Assembly: GCF_964213995.1 (NCBI RefSeq)
Contig: NW_027590217.1
Coordinates: 558,001 to 622,000 of the forward strand
Direction of reading: 5' to 3'
From: Mustelus asterias
Taxonomy: Eukaryota
DNA length: 64,000 nt
Shown: piece after piece, positions 1 through 11,669 of the stretch
How positions within the stretch are numbered: position 1 is the stretch's first letter
Layout: every line of letters begins with the position of its first letter
Notes under the pieces: model-generated
What the model was told of the DNA's origin: nothing
The model's database searches: none
The model's input: the letters and a program-made list of their open reading frames with translations, nothing else
Translations under genes and position numbers: made by a program

Positions 1-203
1 CACGTCTCTGTCTCCATGTCTCTTGGGACTCTGAGTCTTCACTCCATCTTCTCTCACAATTCCATCCACCAGCCAGGTCACCCTGGCTCCCTCCAAATCA
101 CCATGAAGTATCTCACAAAGAATAGTGGCCGTCCTGTCCCTCCAGATCTCTTCGAAAGGAGGCTTCCTTAAGGTGACTGAGATCCCAGTGTCCAAACACT
201 CAC
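1..203 (-). CDS. IgW: IgW CH5 exon, 5' part (GECLDTGISVTLRKPPFEEIWRDRTATILCEILHGDLEGARVTWLVDG...), truncated by the window edge
   Basis: Acceptor TCTCACCCAG at 204-213, open frame to position 1, similar to CH3. Absent from the ORF track. Confidence 0.9.
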
Positions 204-397
204 CTGGGTGAGAAATTACAATGATTATTTCATGATTCCCCAATGGGATGTGGACGTGGCTTTGCAAGGCTGGCGTTTCATGCCTGGCGTCACAGGTACA
301 ATAGTGGCTCACAGGGCTCTTTCACAGGGCACTTATGAGGCATCCACATTGGTTTGTGCCTGGAGCCACATTTGAGGCAGACAGGGTCAGGACAGTA

Positions 398-690
398 GGC
401 ACAGCGGCACAGTGGTTAGCACTGCTGCCTCACAGCACCAGGGACCCGGGTTCAAATCCGGCCTCCGGTCACTGTCTGTGTGGAGTCTGCACGTTCTCCC
501 TATGCCTGCGTGGGTTTCCTCCGGGTGCTCCAGTTTCCTTCCGCAGTTCCAAGACGTGCTGGTTAGGTGGGTTGGCCGTGCTAAATTGACCTTAGTGTTA
601 GGGGGATCAGCAGGGTAAATATGTGGGGTTACAGGAATGGGGCCTGGGTGGGATTGTGGCCGGTATAGACTCGATGGGTCGAATGGCCTC
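398..690 (+). mobile_element. tRNA-derived V-SINE (HE1-like)
   Basis: A/B boxes (GGCACAGTGG...GGTTCAAATCC) and V domain (TGCGTGGGTTTCCTCCGGGTGCTCC). Confidence 0.85.
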
Positions 691-1245
691 AAAGAACAAA
701 GAACATTACAGCACAGGAACAGGCCCTTTGGCCCTCCAAGCCTGCACCAACCATGCTGCCCCGACTGAAATAAAACCCCCGACCCTTCCGGGGACCATAT
801 CCCTCCATTCCCATCCTATTCATGTATTTGTCAAGATGCCCCTTAAAAGTCACGATCGTCTCTGCTTCCACTGCCTCCCCCGGCAGTGAGTTCCAGGCAC
901 CCACCACCCTCTGTGTAAAAAACGTGCCTCGTACATCTCCTTTAAACCTTGCCCCTCACACCTTAAACCTGTGCCCCCTAGTAATTGACTCTTCCACCCT
1001 GGGGAAAAAGCTTCTGACTATCCACTCTGTCCATGCCCCTCATAATCTTGTAGAATTCTATCAGGTCGCACCTCAACCTCCGTCATTCCAGTGAGAACAA
1101 ACCAAGTTTCTCCAACCTCTCCTCATAGTTAATGCCCTCCAGACCAGGCAACATCCTGGTAAATCTTTTCTGTCCCCTCTCCAAAGCCTCCACATCCTTC
1201 TGGTAGTGTGGCGACCAGAATTGAACACTATATTCCAAGTGCCTC
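690..1245 (-). mobile_element. CR1 LINE 3' fragment
   Basis: WNSLPGEAVEA C-terminal peptide and TTCTTTG tail. Confidence 0.85.
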
Positions 1246-1704
1246 CTTCTGTGCTGTAGTGATTCTAATCTACAATCCTTCCTGAAAGGAACATTAACAA
1301 ACCAGTTTGGTTTTTAACGACAATATAACAGCTTCTGGTTTACTGATGCCAATGTTTAATTTCCAATTTTTACTTTCTAAAACTGAATTCAAGTTCTCAA
1401 GCTGTCTTGGATTTGAACTCAGTTCTCTGGATCATTAATTGGCCGTGTCAGCCTTGGCGCATTAGCCGGGCTGCCTCCTCTACATTGCTGCATGTTCAAG
1501 CCCCACGACAGATACTTGAGTACATGAGCAAGAATGGCCAACCAGTACTGAGGGAACTCTGCACTGTTTGCAGTGCCGTCTTTCAGAAAGAGACCTGAAA
1601 CCAAGGCCCCTTCTCAGGCTGAAGAAACAGATCCTCTTGTCAGGGTTTTGAAGAAGGGGAAAGTAGTCAATATTTAGCAGATTATCTGATCGCCATATTG
1701 CGAT

Positions 1705-2243
1705 GTTGGCATGTCAGCCCCGACTCTCACCAACTTTTACAGATGCACCATAGAAAGCATTCTTTCTGGTTGTATCACAGCTTGGTATGGGGCTCCTGCT
1801 CTGCCCAAGACCGCAAGGAATTACAAAAGGGTCGTGAATCTAGCCCAATCCATCATGCAAACCAGCCTCCCATCCATTGACTTTGTCTCCACTTCCTGCT
1901 GCCTCGGGAAAAGCAGCCAGCATAATTAAGGACCCCACGCCCACCGGACATTCTCTTTTCCACCTTCTTCCGTCGGGAAAAAGATACAAAAGTCTGAGGT
2001 CACGTACCAACTGACTCAAGAACAGCTTCTTCTCTGCTGCTGTTGGACTTTCGAATGGACCGACCTCACATTAAGTTGATCTTTCTCTCCACTCTAGTCA
2101 TGACTGTAACACTACATCCTGCACTCTCTCCTTTCCTTCTCTATGAACAGTCTGCTTTGTCTGTGTAGTGTGCAAGGAACAATACTTTTCACTGTATACC
2201 AAGACATGTGACAATAATAAATCAAATCAAATCAAATCAAATT
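1705..2243 (+). mobile_element. Rex1/Babar-like LINE 3' fragment
   Basis: LTNFYRCTIESILSGCITAWYG peptide and AATAAA(TCAAA)n tail. Confidence 0.8.
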
Positions 2244-2531
2244 TCTATAGGCAAATTAGTTGACATTTTCCTTGCCTTGAAGCTGTGTCTACACCTGATG
2301 GAAAGTACTTTACTGGTCGTGAAACACATTGGAACATCCTGAGGATGTGAAAGGTACAACATTCATGCGATTGTTTCTTTCTGTGTTCAGGCCTCTGGAT
2401 GACTGGCCCACGGAAACACCCACTGCATAAACACGCGGACATTGTCCGTGTTAAACTTCCTGACCCTCACAGAGTTTAAAGCTTCAGGGATAAACAGTGT
2501 TAATTTTGGAGTTGGGGCCCCAGGGTCATAC

Positions 2532-2849
2532 CTTGGATGTTCTTCACTGTCTCGTTGCCGTTGGAGTGGGAGGGTGGGTGAGACACAGCGCAGGTGAAAG
2601 CTGAGCCTTTCCTCCACTCCACTGTACTCACAGTCAGGTAGTGCCTGACACTGAATGTCTCTGCCTGCTCCAGAGCGGTGAGCCCAGCACGAGTCTTGGA
2701 GGAGATGAGAACACCATCTTTCTCCCAGGTGACATTCACGAGGTCTGGGTAGAATCCAGTGATCAAACACTCGAGTGTGGCTGTGTTCTTACTCTTCATC
2801 TCTTCTTCTGTTGGGGGCAGCAGTCTAACTGTGGGACTTTTTGGCTTCA
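2532..2849 (-). CDS. IgW: IgW CH4 exon (VKPKSPTVRLLPPTEEE...LECLITGFYP...FTCAVSHPPS...KNIQ)
   Basis: Acceptor TTCCAG, donor G|GTATGA, 318 nt. Separated from CH3 by a 90-bp intron. Confidence 0.94.
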
Positions 2850-2939
2850 CTGGAACAAATGGGTAAACAATGGAAGTGTTAAACTTTTCCCCCTCAAGCT
2901 TACCAAAGTCAGATGATTAATTTCTGAATGTTTGCCCAC

Positions 2940-3242
2940 CTTTTGCTCTGCTTATCCGTTTCGACACCGGTGCAGACGAGGCAGCACCGTGGACGGAGCA
3001 CACAAACTCCACCCCGCTCTCCCACTCCTCTGCACTGGTTCGAAGTTGGCTGACGATAATGTGCAGGCTCCCTTCCCCTGTGGGCGGACGAGTCAAAACT
3101 CCGTCACTTCTCCTCTTGTCGCTCACTTCCCAGAGGATCTGGATTGGGCTCGGATCAGAACAGACGACTGAGCACTCCAGGGTAGCCGTCTTGTTCATCC
3201 AAACCTCTCTGATGGAAGGAGTTTGGATCAAGACAGACATTT
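2940..3242 (-). CDS. IgW: IgW CH3 exon (EMSVLIQTPSIREVWMNKTATLEC...FVCSVHG...RAK)
   Basis: Acceptor TTCCCAG, donor G|GTGGG, 303 nt, Ig C domain of the IgW/IgNAR type. Confidence 0.93.
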
Positions 3243-3354
3243 CTGGGAATGGGAAAGGGGAAAAGTTCAGAGAAATTGAAACAAAAACAGAAAATGCTGG
3301 AGAAACTCAGCAGGTCTGACAGCACCTGTGGAGAGATGGGGCTTCCAATTCCAA

Positions 3355-3645
3355 ACACAAAGGGACTTGGGAGTCCTTGTTCAAGATTCTCTTGAGGTTA
3401 ACGTGTAGGTTCAGTCAACAGTTAGGAAGGCAAATGCAATGTTAGCATTCATGTCGAGAGGGCTAGAATACAAGGGCAGGGATGTACTTCTGAGTCTGTA
3501 TAAGGCTCTGGTCAGACCCCATTTGGAGTATTGTGAGCAGTTTAGGGCCCCGTATCTAAGGAAGGATGTGCTGGCCTTGGAAAGGGTCCAGAGGAGCTTC
3601 ACAAGAATGATCCCTGGAATGAAGAGCTTGTCGTGTGAGGAACCT
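3355..3645 (+). mobile_element. CR1 LINE fragment
   Basis: [13 protein letters not shown] motif. Confidence 0.85.
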
Positions 3646-4651
3646 GGATCACCTCGGGCTTAGAATCCTCATCCTAATGTTCCATTGGCTTCATCTCTCC
3701 TGATCTCTGTAATCTTCTCCATTCCTACACCGTCCAGAAACCCTGTATAACTCTAGTCTCTGGTACATCCTTCGCTTCCTTTCCCCCCATCATCTGTGGC
3801 CGTGCCTTCAACCATCTGGGCCCTAATCTCTGCAACTCACTGCCCAATCCTCAGCGACCTGTCACCTCTCTCCCCTCGTTTGAGACTCTCCTTAAAGCCT
3901 CCCTCTTCGGCCAAGCTTTCAGTATATCCCAATATCTTCTCCTTCTGACTCAGTGTCAGCTCCCCTTTGATTTTGCTCCTGTCAGGCCCTTTGGAATGGT
4001 TTGCGACATTGACGGCGCTATATCAATGCACATTGCCATTGACGGTAATTCCTTGTGAAAGAAGATGGTTAGTTTGCATTGGGAGAACAACCCCCAGGAA
4101 TCAGAGGAAGTAACACAAGCTCCCTCTTCCTGCAGGTTGGGATTATTTCTGCACAACATGTACTTTCCCCAGTTTCATTCAGAGTTACTGGCCCGGGAAG
4201 ATAACGTTGAATTGTTCACATTTTCTGTTTTATATTCATCTTTCAATTCATTCGTGGGACATGGGCATCGCTGGCTGGCCAGCATTTATTGCCCATCCCT
4301 CGTTGCCCTTGTTCAGAGGGCAGTTGAGAGTCGACCGCATTGCTGTGGCTCTGGAGTCACATGTAGGCCAGGCCAGGGAAGGATGGCAGATTTCCTTCTC
4401 TAAAGGACATCAGTGAACCAGATGGGTTTTCCCGACAATGGACAATGGTTTCGTGGTCATCAGTAGATTCTTAATTCCAGATACTTCTTATTGAATTCAA
4501 ATTCCACCATCTGGCGTGGCGGGATTCGAACCTGGGCCCCCAGAACATGAGCTGAGTTTCTGGATTAATAGTCGAGCAATAATACCACAAGGCCATCGCC
4601 TCCCCTCAAGGACATTGGCATTTCAGATATCCAGCAGTTTACTCTGTGTGC

Positions 4652-5165
4652 TGTACAAAGAGCAGTACAGCACAGGAACAGGCCCTTCGGCCCTCCAAGC
4701 CTGCGCCGATCATGATGCCTGCCTCAACTAAAACCGCGTGCACTGACGGAGAGCGTATCCTTCCATTCCCATCCTATTCATGTATTCATCCCGTTGCCCC
4801 TTAAATGCTGCTATCGTACCTGCTCCCACCACCTCCCTGGGCAGCGCCTTCCAGACATTCACCACCCTCTGTGTAAAAAAACTTGTCTCGCACATCTCCT
4901 CTAAACTTTTCCTCACGCACCTTAAACCTATGTTCCCTCGTACTTGACTTTTCTACCCTAAGGAAAGAGCATCTGACTCTCCACTCTGTCCATGCCCCTC
5001 ATAATCTTGTAAACCTCTATCCGGTCGCCCCTCCCCCATCAATTTCCGTTGTTCCAGTGAGAACAAACCGAGTTTCTCCAACCTCTCCTCATAGCTAATA
5101 CCCTCCAGACCAGGCAACATCCTGGTAAACCTCTTCCGTACCCTCTCCAAAGCCTCCACATCCTA
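4652..5165 (-). mobile_element. CR1 LINE 3' fragment
   Basis: LERVRKRFTRMLPG and FFTQRVVNVW peptides. Confidence 0.85.
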
Positions 5166-5614
5166 CACTATTAAAATAACATTTATTTTATGAGTCACAA
5201 GTGCTGTGATCCACGCTGATCTCTCTTGATGTAATATTAACGCTCACAGAGAGACAGGATGACTATATCTGTGTCTGGATAAAAATCTCTCTTGTCCACC
5301 AGTCATCACCCCTTGCGGCTGCAGTTTCAGCTCATGTTCAGCACACACTGTCGGTCTGACAGGACTGGCTCTTTTATTAGGTTGAGACGTTCCGTTTCTC
5401 TCTCTTGTCTTTGAAACAAAACGTTCACCAATTTCCTTCCACTTTGGGATCGCTGATTCTGTTCATCACCAAGTCGGAGTCCATTTTCCAAGTTTGTCAG
5501 GAAACCTGGCAGGGTTTGTGAAAAGTCCCCTTAACCTTGTAAAATAATTGTATTATTATTAGACGCGGGACATTTAATTTCATTTACCCAGTGTGAGGAA
5601 ATTGAAAAAACACA

Positions 5615-6225
5615 GTCGAGAGGGCGAGAATACAAGAGCAGGGATGGACTTCTGAGGCTGTATAAGGCTCTGGTCAGACCCCATTTGGAGTATTGTGAGC
5701 AGTTTTGGGCACCATATCTAAGGAAGGATGTGAGGGCCTTGGAAAGGGTCCAGATAAGGTTCACAAGAATGATCCCTGGAATGAAGAGCTTGTCGTATGA
5801 GGAACGGTTGAGGACTCTGGGTCTGTACTCGTTGGAGTTTAGAAGGATGAGGGGAGGATCTTAGTAAAATTTACAGGATACTGCAAGGCCTGGATAGAGT
5901 GGATGTGGAGAGGATGTTTCCACTGGTAGGAAAAACTAGAACCAGAGGGCACAACCTCAGACTAAAGGGACGATCCTTTAAAACAGAGATGAGGAGGAAT
6001 TTCTTCAGCCAGAGAGTGGTGAATCTGTGGAACTCTTTGCCGTAGAAGGCTGTGGAGGCCGGGTCATTGAGACAGAGATAGATAGGTTCTTGATTAATAA
6101 GGGGATCAGGGGTTATGGGGAAAAGGCAGGAGAATGGGGATGAGAAAAATATCAGCCAGGATTGAATGGCGGAGCAGACTCGATGGACCGAGCGGCCTAA
6201 TTCTGCTCCTATATCTTGTGGTCTT
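5615..6225 (+). mobile_element. CR1 LINE 3' fragment
   Basis: Same subfamily as the copies at 13840, 14562 and 21560. Confidence 0.85.
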
Positions 6226-6607
6226 CCCCAAACTTGGTTTCCTGTGAAGATTGAGTTTCTGTCATTGACTGATATTAGTCTCCAGGATTGCAGGAGTGAA
6301 GGGAACTGTTTCCGTTTCTGCAACCCAGAATTTAATCTAAAACTGCGCAGATAGCGCAGGGCACCAGTTAAATCCTTGTGTCCTGAATCACCGATTTGCC
6401 ACAGGGCCAACACCATTGGAGGAGCCAATCACACCATTCTACTGGATCAACGAGACCCAACCCACCAGATCCCAACCTTACCATCTCTCTGGGTGACAAA
6501 CGTGCTTCTAATTCTTGACAGACTTTGAGAGACAATGGTCAGGCGCTGGGGTCAGGTTCCTATTCAATCTGACCTGGAGCATTTCACAAGAAAATGACCA
6601 TTTAGAT

Positions 6608-7505
6608 TAGAAACATAGAAGATAGGAGCAGGAGGAGGCCATTCAGCCCTTCAAGCCTGCTCCGCCATTCATCACCATCATAGCTGACTGTCCAACTCAA
6701 CAGCCTAATTCTGCTTTCTCCCCAGAATCTTCGACCCTGTTCACCCCAAGTGCTACATCTAGCCGCCTCTTGAATACATTCAATGTTTTGGCATCAACTA
6801 CTTCCTGTGGTAATGAATTCCACAGGCTCACCACTCTTTGGGTGAGGAAATGTCTCCTCACCTCCGTCCTAAATGGTCTACCCCGACTCATCAGACTGTG
6901 AGCCCCTGGTTCTGGACACTCACATCGGGAATATCCTCCCTGCATCTACCCTGTCTAGTCCTGTTAGAATTTTACAAGTCTCTATGAGATTCCCCTCCTC
7001 ATTCGTCTGAACTCCAGGGAAAACAATCCTAACCTGGTCAATCTCTCCTCATACATCAGTCCCGCCATCCCTGGGATCAGCCTGGTAACCCTTCGCTGCA
7101 ACTCCCTCGAGAGCAAGAACATCCTTCCTCAGAAAAGGAGACCAAAACTGCACACAATACTCTAGGTGTGGCCTCACCAAGGCCCTGTATAATTGCAACA
7201 ACACATCCCTGCTCCTGTACCCGAAACCTCTCGCAATGAAGGCCAATATACCATTTGCCTTCTTTACCGCCTGCTGCACCTGCATGCTTACCTTCAGCGA
7301 CTGGTACACAAGGACACCCAGGTCCCGCTGCACACTCCCCTCTCCCAATTTACAGCCATTCGGGTAGTAATCTGCCTTCTTGTTTTTGCTTCCAAAGTGA
7401 ATATCCTCACACTTATCCAAATTACACTGCATCTGCCACTGATTAGCCCACTCAGCCAACCTGTCCAGATCATGCTGAAGGATCTCTGCATCCTCCTCAC
7501 AGTTC
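6608..7505 (-). mobile_element. CR1 LINE 3' fragment
   Basis: WQMQCNLDKC...[13 protein letters not shown] peptides. Confidence 0.88.
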
Positions 7506-7651
7506 AGGAGTGGGTTGGGTGGGGGGGGGAACCCAAACTATGGCTGTTGCTTTTTGCATTGTTGACACTTTCATTCTGACAGACACCATGGGCTGGATCT
7601 GAACCTCCTGGATGGCTCTTAATAACATTCAACAGCCAATTCCATTCACAG

Positions 7652-7827
7652 TCAATGCTTTATTGAACAAATTTGAGGGCGACAGTTAAATTGGAGGTTG
7701 TCGCCACTTTCGAGGGTCACATTGAGGTTAGTCTTGTAGACAATCTTCGGCACACACCCAGCACAAGTGCAAGGAGGACAAGTGCTAGCAACATTAGCAC
7801 CTAGATCTGGAAGATTTGCATTTCCAC
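7652..7827 (-). CDS. IgW: Cys-rich secretory tail exon of the short (2-C) IgW form: GGNANLPDLGANVASTCPPCTCAGCVPKIVYKTNLNVTLESGDNLQFNCRPQICSIKH*
   Basis: Pyrimidine-rich acceptor CTCTTCCAATTCCAG, phase matches the CH2 donor, 58 aa with 6 Cys, TGA at 7654-7652. Position and composition match the known short IgW/IgX tail. Confidence 0.85.
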
Positions 7828-8156
7828 CTGGAATTGGAAGAGTTGCAGATTAAGCCTTACACATTTTCACTCCCCCTCCCGTGTGCCGGGAAAGTGGGAG
7901 AACCACACGGCCCCGGAACTCAGCTCAGTCCTGCCTTTTCAGGATCCGAAAGGGTCCGGATCATGTTGATGTTGAAAAGCCGACTCACCTTGTCCAGAAC
8001 GGTCAGAGGAAATTGATCTGAGCTTCGAGGGGGGAGGTGCGGTCAGAGAGTCATACAGCGCAGAAAAGGCCTTTCAGCCCACCGAGTCTGCACCAACAAT
8101 AACCACCAGTAAACACGCGCTAATCCCATTTTCCAGCACTTCTCCCCATGAATGTC

Positions 8157-8318
8157 ATGGGGAGGAATTCACCCCTCCCGCCCACCAAGGGAATCATAGC
8201 GAGTGGGGGGGGGGGGGGGGGCGGGAGGGCGGGGTTGACCACGCAAAGGTCTATTGACTCAGGGGGGGTGGGGGGGTCCCGGTTTTGAGGCGAGCGTGGC
8301 TGGAAAATCCCACCCATG
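8157..8318. mobile_element. Small TIR-bounded (MITE-like) insertion in a CR1 fragment
   Basis: Imperfect inverted ends ATGGGGAGGAATTCACC / GGAAAATCCCACCCAT, G-rich interior. Confidence 0.4.
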
Positions 8319-8336
8319 ATGTTTCAAGTGCCCATC

Positions 8337-8925
8337 TGTAAGGGGAAAAACGTAAGGAAAGCACACTTTAAAATAACTGCCTGGCACATAAAGAGTTAAC
8401 TGGGAAAGGAACCATAAAACAGACACCGGCTTCCACTTAGACAAAGATCACTTGAAATCAAACCCAACAGACAAGCCATTTGGAATCACAGACAGTGATT
8501 TAAAGTTAACAAACACCTCAGGAAGCCAGCCAAGGATCGAGACATCTTTTAGATAAGGGAAAACCCGAGACAAAGGGAGTAGATTAGTCATAGGAAGAGC
8601 GGGAAAATATGAATGCAGGAAAACCGATTCGCACCTGAATGAGCCGAAACCAACCATTGATAGCCACAGACATAGGAAATATACCCATTCATAAGAACAA
8701 TACTATGTTAAATGTTTGTATCTGTTTGTATCTGCCTATAACGATGTGATAATGTTCAAATCTCCGGTCCATCTATTGTGTAAAAAGTATAAAGATGGAC
8801 CGTTCCCGACATTTTACGGAGAGAAGGTTTGCTACTGACTCGTGCCTTGTCTCCACGGAGCTCCGTTGACTAAACTGTATTTTGGAACCTTGAGATCTGA
8901 CTACGAGTGGATTTTTCCCACAACA
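8337..8925 (+). mobile_element. Solo LTR
   Basis: TG...CA ends, imperfect terminal inverted repeats (TGTAAGGGGAAAAA / TTTTTCCCACAACA), flanks CCATC/CCCTC, TATAAA at 8788. Removal restores the interrupted CR1 fragment. Confidence 0.75.
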
Positions 8926-10327
8926 CCCTCCAAATATTTTTTAAAGGTTGTAAGGTTTCCAGCCTCCACTACCTTCCCAGGCAGCGCATTCCAGATTCCC
9001 ACCAACTCCTGCGTGATTTTCTTTTCTCAAATCCCCTCTGAATCTCCTATCCCTCACTCTAAAACTCTGCTCCCTCCTGATTGAGGGATGAGGGGTTTGT
9101 CGTACGAAGAGAGATCGAGCAGTTTAGGCCTATATTCTCTGGAATTTAGAAGAATGAGGGAAGATCACAATGAGGTGTACAAGATGATAAAAGGTATGGA
9201 TGAAGTAGACGTGGAGAGGACGCTTCCTCTTGTGGGGCATTCTGGGACGAAAGGTCAGAGTCTTAGGATAAGGGGCAGCAAATTTAAAACAGAGTTGAGG
9301 AGAAACGACTTCTCCCAAAGGATTGTGAATCTGTGGAATTCGCTGCCCCAAAGAGCGGTGGATGCTGGGACAGTGAATAAATTTAAGGAGGGGTTAGACT
9401 GATTTTTAATTGGTAATGGGTTGAAGGGTTACGGAGAGAATGTAGGACTCCTCAACCCAGGGGAACAGCTACTCCCTACTCACCCTATCCAAAGCCCTCA
9501 TAATCTTATCCACCTCAATCATGTCCCCCTCAGCCTTCTCTGATCTAAAGAAAGTAAACCCAGCTTATCCAGTTTCTCCTTATAGTTCAAATACTCCATT
9601 CCCAGGCAGCATCCTGGTGAACCTCCTCTGCACCCCCTCCAGTGCGATCAATCCTTCCTATAGTGAGGTGGCCAGAACTGCACACAGTCCTCCAGCTGTG
9701 GCCTCACCAACACTCTGTACGGCTCCAACATGACCTCCTTGCTCTTCTACTCTGTACCACGTCTGATAAAAGCAAGTGGTGGGGGGGGGAGTTCTATCGA
9801 AAAGGAAAATGTGGGGAATGAATTGATGAGCAGTCAGTTGGGTGATTTCTGGAGCAGGCTCAGGAGACGGTGAGGCCAATCCCGGCAAATCCTTCAAACG
9901 CAAAACTGGAAAGGTTTCTTGGATGAAGCAGCATTTGGGAGGCAGTAGAAAAGGAAATGCTGGGAGCTGATTTGAACTGTGGATGGGATTCGATGTGTTG
10001 GGTATCAGATGGGATGTTATCAGGTGAACCACTTCACACCCAGCCCCATTTTCATTTTGAGTCACAGAGAGTCCCATTGGATAAGGCTGGGAAACAGACA
10101 GTGACCCAATTCCAGCAGTTTCCCTCTGCTTCCTGCATTCCCTTCAAATTACTCCCCTTCAGTGTCAGTTAAATGTCAAAACACCAAACACTAAACATTT
10201 CACCTCTCACTGCAGGGTTGTTACTGGGGACAGTGATTCTGAATTGAGGGAGAGTCTTTGCCCATGAAGTGAACACAAGTCTGAATTACTGACGGGATAT
10301 TCCTTTCCTCTCTCAGACACCACTTAC

Positions 10328-10627
10328 CCTCTCGGTATCTCAAGCTGATCCCGCGGTTGAAGTTCGAAGGTGTGTGGGTCACTTGACAAACGTAGACATC
10401 TCCTCTCTTCCAATCTACCACAGGGACTGTCAGGTAAGAGACCGTTTCGAATGTATCGCCGGGTCTCTGTTTGGAAGGGAGAACAACACCTGTTTGACCC
10501 ACTTGGCCTTTCTTCCAGGAAACCTGGATGCTGTCGGGAGCAAATCCAGATATCATACAGCCCAGGACAGCAGTAGTTTGATTGTAGATAACCTCCGCGG
10601 ATGGGACAAGGGGGATGACGTTCGGAC
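10328..10627 (-). CDS. IgW: IgW CH2 exon (SPNVIPLVPSAEV...LGCMISGFAP...YVCQVTH...RYRE)
   Basis: Acceptor TTACAG, donor G|GTAAGT, 300 nt, C1-set domain. Confidence 0.94.
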
Positions 10628-10907
10628 CTGTAACACATTTCAGCATGTTTCAGATGACACAATAGTTTTGCTACAGGAAAGACATATTCTATCCTTTAAC
10701 ATCCAGAGTAACCATCACCATGCCAACCTCTCATTGGTCCATTTGACCGGCTTCTCCTGAAATATTCGCTGAACCTTTTCGTTCTAGATTCTGACAAACA
10801 GCGAGAATCCTTCAGTGTTTTAGCTCCTGAGTGACTTGCTGTACAAGGTCAGCTTTCTCCTGCTGGTATCTGACAATCTCACAGTGCCGAGAACCAGTCT
10901 GAGATTG

Positions 10908-11440
10908 TCATAGAGGCATAGAGGTTTACAGCCTGGAAACAGGCCCTTCGGCCCAACTTGTCCATGCGCCCTTTTTTTTTAACCCCTCAGCTCGTCCCAA
11001 TTGCCTGCATTTAGCCCATATCCTTCTATACCCATCGTACCCATGTAACTGTCTAAATGCTTTTTAAAAGATAAAATTGTACCCGCCTCTACTACGACCT
11101 CTGGCAGCTTGTTCCAGACACTCAGCACTCTCTGTGTGAAAGAATTGCCCCTCTGGACACTTTTGTATCTCTCCACTCTCACTTAAACCTATGCCCTCTA
11201 GTTTTAGACTCCCCTACCTTTGGGAAAAGATATTGACTATCTCGCTGATCTGTGCCCCTCATTATTTCATAGACCTCTATAAGCTCACCCCTCAGCCTCC
11301 TACGCTCCAGAGAAAAATGTCCCAGTCTATCCAGCCTCTCCTTATAACTCAAACCATCAAGTCCCGGTAGCATCCGAGTAAATCTTTTCTGCACTCTTTC
11401 TAGTTTAATAATATCCTTTCTATAGTAGGGTGGCCAGAAC
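10908..11440 (-). mobile_element. CR1 LINE 3' fragment
   Basis: QKRFTRMLPGLDGLSY peptide. Same subfamily as 23925, 25495 and 32013. Confidence 0.88.
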
Positions 11441-11669
11441 AGTATTGGATATCACTTCATAACGTTGTTGCTGAGACTTTGGCCATTTTAGGTAGAATTT
11501 ACAATTCTCCACATGGGGACAAGTTTAGCCTCAACTCTGCACTCCGCCTCCCCCTGATAACCTGTAACTCCCTTGTTAGTCAGAATCTATCCGTCTCTCT
11601 GCCTTAATAATATCGACTGACCCAGTCTCCACCGCTGTCTGGGTTTCAAGGATTCACCACCCTCTTAAG

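Larger units (their letters stand above)
8045..9775. mobile_element. Nested CR1 fragments (minus copy interrupted by a MITE-like element, the solo LTR and a plus-strand CR1 at ~9085-9445)
   Basis: CR1 C-terminal peptides on both strands, with continuity across the insertions. Confidence 0.75.

Noticed and set aside
398-480. tRNA gene (also at other SINE heads)
   Set aside because: A/B boxes run straight into the SINE V domain, so these are tRNA-derived SINE heads.
7814-7821. Perfect octamer ATGCAAAT
   Set aside because: Lies in tail-exon codons (N-A-N), far from the promoter. No supporting evidence of function.
9658-10077. 139-aa ORF as an additional IgW exon
   Set aside because: No Ig or TM motif, weak acceptor, and it runs into a CR1 fragment.
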